This document shows, in pieces, positions 37,964-47,939 of a stretch of 64,000 bases of DNA. Numbering within the stretch: position 1 is the stretch's first letter; the number at the start of each line of letters is the position of its first letter. The notes beneath the pieces are model-generated. The model saw nothing but the letters and a program-made list of their open reading frames with translations, was not told the origin of the DNA and ran no database searches. The stretch covers positions 4,154-68,153 of the forward strand of contig JAZLMH010000012.1 in NCBI GenBank assembly GCA_045598525.1. The letters are read 5' to 3'. The position numbers and the translations under genes were made by a program. Origin of the DNA: Bacilli bacterium. Its GTDB lineage: Bacteria; Bacillota_I; Bacilli_A; RFN20; CAG-826.

Positions 37964-39676
37964 TTACTTGAACTGTGCGTTAAATAAGTCGTAATAGAAG
38001 CCTTTTTTATCTAAAAGCTCTTGGTGGCTTCCTGCTTCCATGATTGCCCCGTCTTTAAGACAGACAATAAGGTCGCTAGAGATGATTGTGCTTAAGCGGT
38101 GAGCAACAACTAAGGAGGTTCTTCCTTCAAAGAGCTGTCTAAAGCTTTCGTTAAGAAGCTTCTCTGTTCTGATGTCGATGTTGCTTGTTGCTTCGTCGAG
38201 AATAACAATCTCAGGTTCAAGAAGCATGACTCTAGCAACGCAGATTAACTGCTTCTCACCGACTGAAAGGCCACTGGAATCACTGATCTTGGTGTCATAT
38301 CCTTGCGGGAGGCGTTCGATGAATTTATTTGCTTGGGCTCTTCTTGCTGCTTCTTTGACTTCATCAAGGGTGGCGTTTGGCTTTGCGTATGCAATATTCT
38401 CAAATACCGTTCCACTGAAAATCCAAGTTTCCTGAAGAACCATACCAACATGTTCTCTAAGAGATTTCTTGGTTATGTCTTTGGTTGAAATGCCGTTAAT
38501 CAAGAATTCACCTTCATCTGAATCATAGAATCTCATGAGGAGGTTAATGATTGTAGTTTTGCCGCATCCTGAAGGACCAACGAAGGCAACTTTTTGACCT
38601 TTTTTGATATCTAGATTAAAGTCTTTGATTATTCTCCGTTTGCCATCGTATGAGAAATTGATTTCTTTGGCACCTAGATTCTCGATTTTGCTCTCGATTA
38701 TTTTTGTTCCTTCATTGATGTCTTTAGGGAACTGAATCGCTTCATAAACTCTTTCTAATGAAGAGGTTGCATAGCCAAGCTCACTCATGACGTTACTGAC
38801 ATCGTTAAATGGCTGCATAAATGTTGAGGCGTAGGTTAAGAATGCTGTTAATGAGCCTACTTGGAAAGCCATGCCCCAGTCGCTTCCTTTAATCATTATT
38901 ACGGCGCCTAACATGACAAGGGCCGCATTAATTATGGCGTTTATTAATCTTGTTGATGGATTGATTAACGAAGCGCCGATTAATGCTTTAAATGTGTTCT
39001 TCCTATATTGCTCATTTAGGATATCGAATTCTTCGTTTCTTCTTTCTCCAATGCCTAACGTTTCAACAGATACTGAATTGGTTAACGACTCGGAAGCAAA
39101 CGCGCTAACAAGACCGCTCGCTTTAGCCTGAGATTTGAAGTGCTTGGAATTGTATTTGGAAACGAAACGACTAACGAAGAGGGACATTGGGATAAGAACC
39201 ACTGCCACGATTGCTAAAAGCCAGTTGAGGGTAAACATAAAGACAACCGTCACGGCAATGGTGACGATTCCGTCAAAGAGGGTTGCTATACCAGTGATAA
39301 GTCCTGTGTTGATGTTTTCGATATCGTTGATGAGTCTTTGGACAAGATCGCCTTTTCTTGAACTATCGATTTGTTTGATTGATGTATTTAAGAAGGACGA
39401 ATAGACGTCTTTTCTCATATCCCTAACTACTTTCTGGCCAAGAAGGGCGATGAAATACTCAAATAATCTGCGACAGATGGAGCCTAAGATAAGGCACGAA
39501 ACAAGAAGAATGATATCTAAGGTTGATGGCCCAAGTTTGTTGATAACTAAACCTGCGATAAAAGGAATGGCGAGTTTGCAAACCGCACTAAGAACGGCGA
39601 TGACAAAAGAGGCCACAAAAAGCGACATGTATTTCTTTAACCATGGGAAAAGGTGCTTGAGACTACCTAGTTTCAT
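37964..39676 (-). CDS. ABC exporter permease/ATPase fusion subunit (consensus Walker B, degenerate signature LSVGEKQ)
   Basis: Six-TM domain plus an NBD with GPSGCGKTT, LSVGEKQL and VILDEATSNID. Confidence 0.9.
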   Translation of the reverse strand: MKLGSLKHLFPWLKKYMSLFVASFVIAVLSAVCKLAIPFIAGLVINKLGPSTLDIILLVSCLILGSICRRLFEYFIALLGQKVVRDMRKDVYSSFLNTSIKQIDSSRKGDLVQRLINDIENINTGLITGIATLFDGIVTIAVTVVFMFTLNWLLAIVAVVLIPMSLFVSRFVSKYNSKHFKSQAKASGLVSAFASESLTNSVSVETLGIGERRNEEFDILNEQYRKNTFKALIGASLINPSTRLINAIINAALVMLGAVIMIKGSDWGMAFQVGSLTAFLTYASTFMQPFNDVSNVMSELGYATSSLERVYEAIQFPKDINEGTKIIESKIENLGAKEINFSYDGKRRIIKDFNLDIKKGQKVAFVGPSGCGKTTIINLLMRFYDSDEGEFLINGISTKDITKKSLREHVGMVLQETWIFSGTVFENIAYAKPNATLDEVKEAARRAQANKFIERLPQGYDTKISDSSGLSVGEKQLICVARVMLLEPEIVILDEATSNIDIRTEKLLNESFRQLFEGRTSLVVAHRLSTIISSDLIVCLKDGAIMEAGSHQELLDKKGFYYDLFNAQFK

Positions 39677-41418
39677 TTTCCTTCTCCTTTCTGCATATCG
39701 TAGATTTCTTTGTATACGTCACAGTTCTTAACAAGTTCATCATGGGTGCCTTGAGCAATGATTTGGCCATTGTCATAGACAAGGATGAGGTCGCAGCCCA
39801 TAAGGGATGTCGCCCTTTGGGAAACGATGATTTTTGTCAATCCTTCGATTAAAGAGATGTTTGCTCTTACTTGCTGGTCGCTTAAGTAATCTAAAGCGCT
39901 TGTGGAATCATCAAGAATAAGAAGTTCTGATTTCTTTAAAAGTGCTCTAGCGATTAACAGCCTTTGTTTCTGGCCTCCAGAAAGATTTGATCCGCCTTCT
40001 TCTATTTCGTGATCAAGGAAGTCATCGTATTTAGAGACGTAGTCATATGCCAATGCTGATTTTAAGGCGTTGATCATCTCTTCTTCTGTTGCATCTTCTT
40101 TCGCAATAAGGAGGTTGCTTCTAACTGTTCCTTTGAAGATTGAAGGGCGCTGCAAAACTATAGAGATTTCATCACGAAGGGACTTGAGGCTATATTCGCT
40201 AAGCGGCACTCCTTTATAAAGAATCTTGCCGCTTGTTGGTTCATAAAGCCTAAGCAAGAGGGATAAGGTCGTTGTTTTTCCTGAACCGGTTCCGCCAATA
40301 AGCCCGATCCAAGATCCCTTCTTCATTTGGAAAGTTAAACCTGAGACTGATGGTTTATCTCCTTCTTTGCCATAGGTTAAAGAAACGTTATTGAATTCTA
40401 TAAGAGGAGAGGACTCATTTGACTCTTTTAATGCGTTTTTGTCAGTGATTTCTGGTTCTAAAGCAAGAAATTCATCAATACGTTTCTTAGAAGCGGATGC
40501 TTTATTTAATGAAACAATCATTTTTGAGAACATTACTAAGGCTGCAAAAGATGATGTTAGATACGAAATGACTGAGGCGACTTCTCCTGCGCTCATGCCC
40601 ATGATTTTTGTGTCCAAGCTATTTGGGTCATTCATGAAAGCAAGGATGACAATCAAAACGATTGCTCCGTTAATGAACAAGAAGGTCAAAGGATTGATCC
40701 ATGAATTGAGATCTGCCATCTTCATATTCTTTTCATAATTAACGTCGACTGTCTCGTTGAATTTTTGTTGTTGCTGTTCTTCTTTGTTAAACGCTCTAAC
40801 TGGTCTAGCTCCAGAAAGGGAATCGTGTGAAACAAGAGATATGCCATCCACCGATTTTTGGATGTCGTTATATCTCTTTGGAGACATAAGCATAACCATG
40901 AGGACGACAATGAAGGAAAGAAGAATTGCAACCGAGAAGATAATCCCCGCTTTAACATTAAGGAGGAATGTCATTATTGCTGCGCCTACGACCAAGAATG
41001 GAGGTCTAAAGATAAGACGCATGAACATGTTGACACCACCTTGCATAGAGAATGTGTCATTATTAACCAAGGTTAATACTTTTTGCTTCCCGAAAGCGTC
41101 TAATTGCTTTTCGCTTAAGATGTTTATGCGGCTATATACTTCTTTTCTAAGATCATAGTTATAATCCGCGGCTACTCTCGCTGAGAGATATTGGGCGCCC
41201 ATGGTAAAACCAAAGCCAAGGATTGCAATGACGAAAAGAATTAAAGATCTACTAATAGAAAAATCTAAGTCGTTCTTTGCTATGCCTTCATCGATGATGT
41301 ATTTGACAAGGAATGGAGAAAAAAGTTCTGCGGCAACCTCAAATAGTTTGAGGATTGGAGCAAGAACAACTTTAAAACCGTATTTCTTTAAAGGCGTCAA
41401 AGCAGTTTTCTTGATCAT
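39673..41418 (-). CDS. ABC exporter permease/ATPase fusion subunit (degenerate Walker B, ILDDSTS)
   Basis: Six-TM domain plus an NBD with GGTGSGKTT, LSGGQKQR and LILDDSTSALD (Asp replaces the catalytic Glu). A 4-nt overlap with its partner gene suggests a heterodimer. Confidence 0.9.
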   Translation of the reverse strand: MIKKTALTPLKKYGFKVVLAPILKLFEVAAELFSPFLVKYIIDEGIAKNDLDFSISRSLILFVIAILGFGFTMGAQYLSARVAADYNYDLRKEVYSRINILSEKQLDAFGKQKVLTLVNNDTFSMQGGVNMFMRLIFRPPFLVVGAAIMTFLLNVKAGIIFSVAILLSFIVVLMVMLMSPKRYNDIQKSVDGISLVSHDSLSGARPVRAFNKEEQQQQKFNETVDVNYEKNMKMADLNSWINPLTFLFINGAIVLIVILAFMNDPNSLDTKIMGMSAGEVASVISYLTSSFAALVMFSKMIVSLNKASASKKRIDEFLALEPEITDKNALKESNESSPLIEFNNVSLTYGKEGDKPSVSGLTFQMKKGSWIGLIGGTGSGKTTTLSLLLRLYEPTSGKILYKGVPLSEYSLKSLRDEISIVLQRPSIFKGTVRSNLLIAKEDATEEEMINALKSALAYDYVSKYDDFLDHEIEEGGSNLSGGQKQRLLIARALLKKSELLILDDSTSALDYLSDQQVRANISLIEGLTKIIVSQRATSLMGCDLILVYDNGQIIAQGTHDELVKNCDVYKEIYDMQKGEGK

Positions 41419-42806
41419 GCCACGCCTTTCTGCTCATCTTCTTCTATTTCGAATTCTGGTTTAATTTCGTTTGGTGCGGCCAATTTTATTTCGAAAACAG
41501 TTTCTTCTGTTCCGTCTCTATAAAGGCTGAAAGTGAACCCTTCTTCACCATCTCCACGACATCTATTGAACCAAATTGGCTCTTCGGTATCCAAGTACTT
41601 GATTTCGGCTACGTCATTAAATCTCCAGAGAATATCGTCTGCTACAAATCTGCAGAAAATAGAAGCTGCGTCGATTATGAGTTGAGGGATGCCAAAGCTC
41701 GTCACAAAGGAAAGCGTTTTGGTTTCTCTGTCGTATTCAATACGGCTGATTGTCGATCCTTCAAAGCCTGCAAAATTGCCGTAAGCGTTCATAAGAAGAG
41801 ACTGTCCAAAGGTATCGATATCGAACGTTGGTTCGCTTTGTGTGTAATTCAAGATCTTGGCTAATTCGTTGATACGTCTATAACAATCTTCGAATTCCGC
41901 TTTAATCTCGCTATTCATTTCTTGTTCCCCATGAATCATATATGCGTTATCGGCCATAAGGAGGAAGAGCATTGCATCAAAAGGTGACTTGTGGATTCCT
42001 AGGCCTTGCTGATTCATGCAGCCAATTCGATAGCAAAGTGAGGCAAAGATTAGAGGGTTTTTACCAGTTGTCGACATAAATTTGGCATTACATTCAGGAT
42101 AGAAATGAAGGAGCATGCTATAAGCGATGCCTGGGTTCTTTTCCACGAACACGCCATTAAGATAACAATCAGAGAAATGAAGGAGACCGGACGCATCACC
42201 AAAGGCCATGGCTTTTGAATAGCATTCAAATGCGCCTCTTAGATCTTTCTTTCCAAGAACTCCAGATTCGCAAAGGACGCCCATTCTTGTATAAGCTCTT
42301 GCATCATCTTCAAGACAGCGAGATGCATAAAAAGAGAACGCTGTTTTTGGATCTGCTTGAGTGAATTGAGAACCAAATTCTAAAAGATTGGCCAAATCGT
42401 AAGTCGATTCAGGATCGCCTTGGCGGCTTAAGATGCTTAAGTACTGAATATAAAGAAGTTCGTTTGCGGCTTTATTTGTAATCTTTCCTTCGCGGTAACG
42501 TTCGCAGTATGTTTTTGCCGCTTCTGGATGACGCTCCATGAAGTCTTCGCCAAAATAGGTTGTATTGATTTCTCTAAGTTCTTCTTTGGTGAATGAATAA
42601 CCGGATGCATCTCCGATAAGTGTATCCATTCCGCATTCAGGACAAATAGCGGACACACCTTGTTCGTCATTAACCCAGTCTTGGACTTCTCTAGCATCAA
42701 TCGTGTGACGGCAGAAAAGGCACGAACACTTATGACTTTGGAGTATCTCCAAATCGTTATTCGTGGTGTGGTCAAATAATTCACTTAAACTAGGTATCTT
42801 TTCCAT
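41415..42806 (-). CDS. Sel1-like repeat protein with an N-terminal Cys4 zinc-ribbon-like module
   Basis: CSCLFC...CPECG at the N-terminus. Central SLR-type repeats (AFSFYASRCLEDDARAYTRMGVLCESG...AFECYSKAMAFGDASGLLHFSDCYLNG). Start at the ATG at 42806. 4-nt overlap with the ABC gene. Confidence 0.6.
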   Translation of the reverse strand: MEKIPSLSELFDHTTNNDLEILQSHKCSCLFCRHTIDAREVQDWVNDEQGVSAICPECGMDTLIGDASGYSFTKEELREINTTYFGEDFMERHPEAAKTYCERYREGKITNKAANELLYIQYLSILSRQGDPESTYDLANLLEFGSQFTQADPKTAFSFYASRCLEDDARAYTRMGVLCESGVLGKKDLRGAFECYSKAMAFGDASGLLHFSDCYLNGVFVEKNPGIAYSMLLHFYPECNAKFMSTTGKNPLIFASLCYRIGCMNQQGLGIHKSPFDAMLFLLMADNAYMIHGEQEMNSEIKAEFEDCYRRINELAKILNYTQSEPTFDIDTFGQSLLMNAYGNFAGFEGSTISRIEYDRETKTLSFVTSFGIPQLIIDAASIFCRFVADDILWRFNDVAEIKYLDTEEPIWFNRCRGDGEEGFTFSLYRDGTEETVFEIKLAAPNEIKPEFEIEEDEQKGVA

Positions 42807-42812
42807 GATGAA

Positions 42813-42821
42813 ATTATAACA
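42813..42821 (-). promoter_or_regulatory. extended -10 element TGTTATAAT, 6 nt upstream of the ATG at 42806 (leaderless-type arrangement)
   Basis: The minus strand reads ...GGTGTGTTATAAT-TTCATC-ATG, with no Shine-Dalgarno sequence. Confidence 0.45.
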
Positions 42822-42905
42822 CACCTATAATGATTTGTTTCTTTGAAACACCTAAACTTCCTCTTTCTTTCAAAAAAGAGGCTAAATGACTATAATTGTT
42901 TCACT

Positions 42906-43766
42906 ATGAAAAACTTATCTAGAACTATTAACTTATTTTGGTGGATTCCAGTCGGCGTGTTAGTCGTCATGGGTCTCGTATTTGGCACATCATTTGATCT
43001 TGATATTGCAAAAGGATTGACCATAGAAGGAAATTTCTTTTCGGCTTTCTTCGCTTTTGGAGGTTCACTCCCTGCTTTTGTGCTTCTTGGTTTTGTTGGC
43101 CCTCTCTTCTATATGTATTTCAAGGAACAAAGCTTCAAAGGCGCAAAAACCATTGCAAAAATAGCGTTTTTTGGCGCCCCAGTAGTAGCTGGCGCAGGTT
43201 ATGGCATTGATATTCTTAAGGATGTTATGGCTACACCTATCGCTCTTGTCCTCGGGGTTGTCATCATCCTCGGTCTTTCTTGTTTGCTCTATTTGCCTTT
43301 CAAACACGGAAATCCTAAACAAGCGCTCAGAGACGCTTTAGTTATTGGCTTGACCATTGGCTTATCGATTGTCCTTGGTCTTTTATTTAAAAAGATTTTT
43401 GTAAGACCTCGCCCAGTTGCCGTCCTCGATGATCCTAGTTTATACACCCCTTGGTTTAAGGTTCTTGGAAATAAGGCACCTGCTATTGATGAAGACTTAA
43501 TTGATAGCTTCCCTAGTGGTCACGCAACATTAGCATCAACATTGCTTCTTCTTCCTCTTCTTGCCAAATATAATCCCAAGACAGAGAAGTTCGCATGGGT
43601 ATTCTTTATCTCTGCTGCGGTTTGGTTACTCCTTACCGCATTTGCAAGATTGAGCGGAGGACGCCACTTCTTAAGTGATGTCTCTACTGGCGCATTGATC
43701 GGTGGAGGCTTAGCGTTTATCTTTAACTTAGTATTCAAAAATCCTCTTAAAGAAGAGAACGCATAA
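42906..43766 (+). CDS. PAP2-family phosphatase (membrane)
   Basis: KKIFVRPRP, PSGH and SRLSGGRHFLSDV motifs. ATG at 42906, 9 nt after TATAAT (42891-42896). Confidence 0.85.
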   Translation: MKNLSRTINLFWWIPVGVLVVMGLVFGTSFDLDIAKGLTIEGNFFSAFFAFGGSLPAFVLLGFVGPLFYMYFKEQSFKGAKTIAKIAFFGAPVVAGAGYGIDILKDVMATPIALVLGVVIILGLSCLLYLPFKHGNPKQALRDALVIGLTIGLSIVLGLLFKKIFVRPRPVAVLDDPSLYTPWFKVLGNKAPAIDEDLIDSFPSGHATLASTLLLLPLLAKYNPKTEKFAWVFFISAAVWLLLTAFARLSGGRHFLSDVSTGALIGGGLAFIFNLVFKNPLKEENA

Positions 43767-43793
43767 TTGTGTTTAATAAATCAAAAGGGCTGC

Positions 43794-44198
43794 TTAGAAC
43801 AGTCCTTTTTTACATATTTCTAAAATCTTATCGAAGTCTTGGGAGAGAAGTTTTCCTTCTAAGTCATTTTCTTTGATGAATATGACCTCTCCTTCTTCCG
43901 AGGAGTGGATCTCTCCAGAGAAGTCTTTCGAACGGAATAACATCGCTAGGTGTCTTACCCCTTCTTGAGGAACGTTCCATTCAAAATAACCTACGTTCTC
44001 AACCGAATGGACATTTAGCCCTGTCTCTTCTTTCATTTCTCTAATTACGGAATCAGGGATTGATTCATTATCTTCAACATGGCCGCCAGGGAAGTTTATG
44101 CCTGGCCAATCTTGCTTAAGGCGATTGACAACCAAAAACTCTCCATTCTCTCTATAGAGCATGCACATGTTTGTAAGAATAACGCGGTTCTTAATCAT
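43794..44198 (-). CDS. NUDIX hydrolase
   Basis: Nudix box GGHVEDNESIPDSVIREMKEETGL. Confidence 0.88.
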   Translation of the reverse strand: MIKNRVILTNMCMLYRENGEFLVVNRLKQDWPGINFPGGHVEDNESIPDSVIREMKEETGLNVHSVENVGYFEWNVPQEGVRHLAMLFRSKDFSGEIHSSEEGEVIFIKENDLEGKLLSQDFDKILEICKKGLF

Positions 44199-44249
44199 AT
44201 AAACAATTCTAGTCTTTATACGTTTCTAAAGAAATCATAAAATCTAGAT

Positions 44250-45236
44250 ATGAAAATTAGATTCAGCGAAAAGGACACAAGGGAATTTGAGAAGCTTTCT
44301 CTCCAAATGGATGATAACGAAGCCTCAGGGGCGTTCTATAACATTCTTATTCAAGGCGATGAACTTGTTTCTAAAACAATGCTTCCTTATCCAATCGATC
44401 TTTTAGACGAGAATCCATATCGAGAGAATCCATATTTCCAAAACGTTAAACCTATCCCTCATAAGGAAGGAAAAGTCAGACTCGATTATTTAACCACTCC
44501 TGCAAGAAAAGGGTTTGTTTATGACGAGATGGTTGAGAAAGGACGTTTATACGAAGAGATAACTCCATTTGGTTATTTTAACAATCCTTTTAAGTTCCTT
44601 GCTCTATTAGACAAAGAACGTATCTGGATGAGTGTTACTCCTCATGAGATTAATACAATGAAAGAGGCCATAGACCATGCCCATGGAAAAGTTGTTACCT
44701 TAGGCCTTGGCTTAGGTTATTACGTTTATATGGTTCTTCTTAAAGATGGCGTTGAAAGAATAACCGTCATCGAAAGAGATCCTAAAGTCATATCGCTTTT
44801 TAAAAAACATCTTCTTCCATTCTTCCCTCATAGAGAAAAAATAAACATTGTTGAGGCAGACGCCATTGAATACTTAAAAGATGCCGAGCCATTCGATTAC
44901 TTATTTGCTGACTTATGGCACTTTGCGATAGATGGCGTTCCTTTATATCTCAAAATCAATAAGTTTGAAGATAAATACAAAGACTCAAAATTTGAATACT
45001 GGATTGAGCCAGCGATGCTTATCACATTAAGAAAAGCGATGATCATTCTTGTCGAAGAAGAAATGCATGGAACAACCGATTTTGATTACCAAAATGCAGG
45101 CACGATTAGTGATGAAATCATTAACGCGTTGCACTTCCTCTTAAAAGACAAAGAATTCAATAATATTGATGAATTACTGGAGTTTTTAAGTCAAAAGAAC
45201 CTCAAATTGCTGGCAAAATCACTTAAGTTAAAATAA
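44250..45236 (+). CDS. class I SAM-dependent methyltransferase / spermidine-synthase-fold protein (uncertain)
   Basis: GKVVTLGLGLGY (motif I-like), VIERDP, VEADAIEYL and FDYLFADLW. Confidence 0.45.
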   Translation: MKIRFSEKDTREFEKLSLQMDDNEASGAFYNILIQGDELVSKTMLPYPIDLLDENPYRENPYFQNVKPIPHKEGKVRLDYLTTPARKGFVYDEMVEKGRLYEEITPFGYFNNPFKFLALLDKERIWMSVTPHEINTMKEAIDHAHGKVVTLGLGLGYYVYMVLLKDGVERITVIERDPKVISLFKKHLLPFFPHREKINIVEADAIEYLKDAEPFDYLFADLWHFAIDGVPLYLKINKFEDKYKDSKFEYWIEPAMLITLRKAMIILVEEEMHGTTDFDYQNAGTISDEIINALHFLLKDKEFNNIDELLEFLSQKNLKLLAKSLKLK

Positions 45237-45272
45237 AAACAGGAGCTCACATGTGCTCCTGTTTTAATAATC

Positions 45273-45704
45273 TCAGTTGCTACCAGGAGAAGATGTTTTC
45301 TTCTTTCTTAAAATATAAATGATGGAAAGGACGACGCCAGTCCAGATTAACGCCACGCCTAGCCAATGGAAGAGAACGGCCCAAGCCGCATCGATCGAGT
45401 TTTCAGGACGGACGAGAGCAATATCGTAGATTCCTGCAACAGCCTGATAAACCATCAACGTTCCAGTTCCTGCGTTTAAGGCTAAACGAGACCATTCGCC
45501 GATATCAATGTTTCCCACCATACAAACAAGAGCATAGGCTACTGAGAGAATCAAAGGTGAGAGCCAAATGAAATTAAGGTATCTACTGACCATGCCTCTA
45601 GAGTTTGCGTAATAGATAATCATGAAAAGAAGACCAAATAAAGAGACACCAAGCATGATTAAAGCATGGCGAAGTCCAAGTTTTCTATTAGAGGTCAACC
45701 ACAT
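45273..45704 (-). CDS. 4-TM membrane protein of unknown function
   Basis: Hydrophobic ORF overlapping the 3' end of the upstream gene by 17 nt. Confidence 0.6.
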   Translation of the reverse strand: MWLTSNRKLGLRHALIMLGVSLFGLLFMIIYYANSRGMVSRYLNFIWLSPLILSVAYALVCMVGNIDIGEWSRLALNAGTGTLMVYQAVAGIYDIALVRPENSIDAAWAVLFHWLGVALIWTGVVLSIIYILRKKKTSSPGSN

Positions 45705-46851
45705 AAATCATATCTCCTAAAGCTCTTTGGGTATTCTCGGAAGGATACTTTTTGACCGGACTTGGATCATCTTCTACTCTTGCGACAATCGTAGCCGATC
45801 CTCCTCCATCAAGGTTATAAGCGTATGTGCAGCCGTAATCCAATAAGATCTGGGCCATATCATGAAGGGTGAAGCCGTCTCTATTCTGTTGCTTTCTTCC
45901 TTGACTGACCATGAACATGAAATGGAATGGGCCAAGATATCCGATTGCGCAACGTTGGTTGCCACCCTGTGCCATTGTTTCAGAAACGATTTCCGAAGTT
46001 GGGGTGACTGCAAGCTGGCTATCAACAACAAGATCAGGGCCAAACATCCAGTTTTGAAGTGCTCCCCTAGCGATTAAATCTTCAGGCGTATAGTCTGCTT
46101 CCCAAATAGACGACATAGTGCCATCTTTCCAAATGATTGCATCTTTATTTGTCGCATCATCAGAGTTTCTTCTTGTGTCGCGAATAATCTGACCATTACG
46201 GATAACATAGCCTGGTCTATGGTTATATGAGAAAGCGCTGTCTCCCGAAATTGCGGCAAGAACATTAGTGTTTAAACCTGCTTCCACTGTTCTGACTTGG
46301 TTACTTACAATATCCGTTACGTTATCGCCTGGGTGACCGGTATCGTCGGTAACTAAGTATGTGCGAAGATCACTGATTTTCTTTAATTTGATATCTACTG
46401 TGTAGTATTTGATGTTATAGCCACGAGAGTCGTTAGCGTAGTTGTTCAAGTTTGGTGTGACTATTGTCTCGGTGTAAGGCGACTGCGCAAGAGTGTGATA
46501 TGGCTCTAATCCTTCTGCCGGTTCTGAAGAAGACGCGGATGACGATACCGAAGATGAGCTTGGGGTTGATGAAGGCCCTGGTTTTGATTCAGTTGGGCCA
46601 GGAGGGAGAGGCTTATCCTCGCTTTTGGAAGAAGATGGCAAAGAGCCAACAGACGATTCCAGAGAAGATGGAGTCGAGGAAGGTTGGCTAGTAATGTCTT
46701 CGAGGTTACCAAAACCACTAGGATCAAAATGATTCCCGGTATTACCTTTTTCTCCGAAATAATTGTGAAGAATGTTGCCAGTGGCTAAACCGGCAATCGC
46801 AATCGCATATGCAATACCAACAATAGCGACGAGATTTTTTGGTTTTTTCAT
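45688..46851 (-). CDS. phosphodiester glycosidase family protein (DUF2233-like) with an N-terminal TM anchor and a Ser/Pro-rich linker
   Basis: TM anchor, an SSTPSS/PSS low-complexity stretch, and the C-terminal YNLDGGGSAT motif. Confidence 0.65.
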   Translation of the reverse strand: MKKPKNLVAIVGIAYAIAIAGLATGNILHNYFGEKGNTGNHFDPSGFGNLEDITSQPSSTPSSLESSVGSLPSSSKSEDKPLPPGPTESKPGPSSTPSSSSVSSSASSSEPAEGLEPYHTLAQSPYTETIVTPNLNNYANDSRGYNIKYYTVDIKLKKISDLRTYLVTDDTGHPGDNVTDIVSNQVRTVEAGLNTNVLAAISGDSAFSYNHRPGYVIRNGQIIRDTRRNSDDATNKDAIIWKDGTMSSIWEADYTPEDLIARGALQNWMFGPDLVVDSQLAVTPTSEIVSETMAQGGNQRCAIGYLGPFHFMFMVSQGRKQQNRDGFTLHDMAQILLDYGCTYAYNLDGGGSATIVARVEDDPSPVKKYPSENTQRALGDMIYVVDL

Positions 46852-46853
46852 CG

Positions 46854-47939
46854 TTATTGTCTCTTTTTGGTTTTCTTTTTAGCAAAGATGAAGGCTTTGC
46901 TGATGAAATAGTTAATCACGAAGATGATTGCTTCAACAAGGACCTTCAAGGCAAGAAGGCCGACTTTTGCGGCGACATTCTCTCCGACATTAGCAAGAAG
47001 GAAGTAATCAAAGAGAAATAAGAGGCCTAAGCCGATGCAGACATTGATCGAGAAGACTGCGACGTACTTAAGAACTTTGTTCAAAATCTTCTCTTTGTTA
47101 GGGAAGACTATGAAGTTATTCATTATGAAGTTATAAGGTCCACTTACGAGTCTTGCGCCTAAATATGGGATCAAGACAATAAGAGGGAAATCGACATCCA
47201 AAAGGAATTCAAGAAGCGCGAATAAGCCAAAGTCGATGAAGAAGCTTGTAACTGCGATAAGGATATACAAAAGCGGGGTTTTATATATTCTCATTGAATC
47301 TCTGATTGGACGGAAATGAGAGTTTTCGTTGTTATCGTAGATTGTTGTGATGACTATTTGGGTGATGCCCGCTGCTCTTGCTGCGTCATGAAGGAAATTG
47401 AATTCATATTCATAACGATCGCCTTCGATATCAAGAGCTAAGTCAAAAAGGTTTTGAGGGATGCCGCGCAATCCAGTCTGGGTGTCTTGGATATGCTTTC
47501 CTGTCGCCATTTTGAAATAGAAGGTCGAGAAGCGGTTTCCGACTTTGTTTCTTGCTGGCGTTTCAGGAAGAGAGAAGTCGCGGACACCTAAAAGAAGATC
47601 GTTTGGATGTTCTTCCATCGCGTCTCTAAGTTTGATGATATCTAGAAGGGTATGCTGACCATCACCATCGGCGGTGATGATACCAGTAACTTCTTTATAG
47701 TTTTCTCTGATATGAGCGATGCCATACTTTAAGGCATAGCCTTTACCGTGGTTTTCTGGATAGGAAAGGACAACGAAATTTTCTAATGAGGCAATTTGGT
47801 CAAAGACCGGTTTGAAAGCTTCTCCACTGCCATCATCGACAACGACGATTTTCTCAAACGAGGTTGGATCGATTGTCTTCAAAAAAGGGTATGCTTTATC
47901 GCATGGTTTATAGATAGGGATTAGTAATGCAGTTTTCAT
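46854..47939 (-). CDS. family 2 glycosyltransferase fused to a GtrA-like membrane domain
   Basis: IPIYKP...VVVDDGSG and DGDGQH (GT2 motifs). C-terminal 4-TM region with ARLVSGPYNFIMNNFIVF. Start at MKTALLIP (47939), not the ORF-track 48011. Confidence 0.8.
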   Translation of the reverse strand: MKTALLIPIYKPCDKAYPFLKTIDPTSFEKIVVVDDGSGEAFKPVFDQIASLENFVVLSYPENHGKGYALKYGIAHIRENYKEVTGIITADGDGQHTLLDIIKLRDAMEEHPNDLLLGVRDFSLPETPARNKVGNRFSTFYFKMATGKHIQDTQTGLRGIPQNLFDLALDIEGDRYEYEFNFLHDAARAAGITQIVITTIYDNNENSHFRPIRDSMRIYKTPLLYILIAVTSFFIDFGLFALLEFLLDVDFPLIVLIPYLGARLVSGPYNFIMNNFIVFPNKEKILNKVLKYVAVFSINVCIGLGLLFLFDYFLLANVGENVAAKVGLLALKVLVEAIIFVINYFISKAFIFAKKKTKKRQ

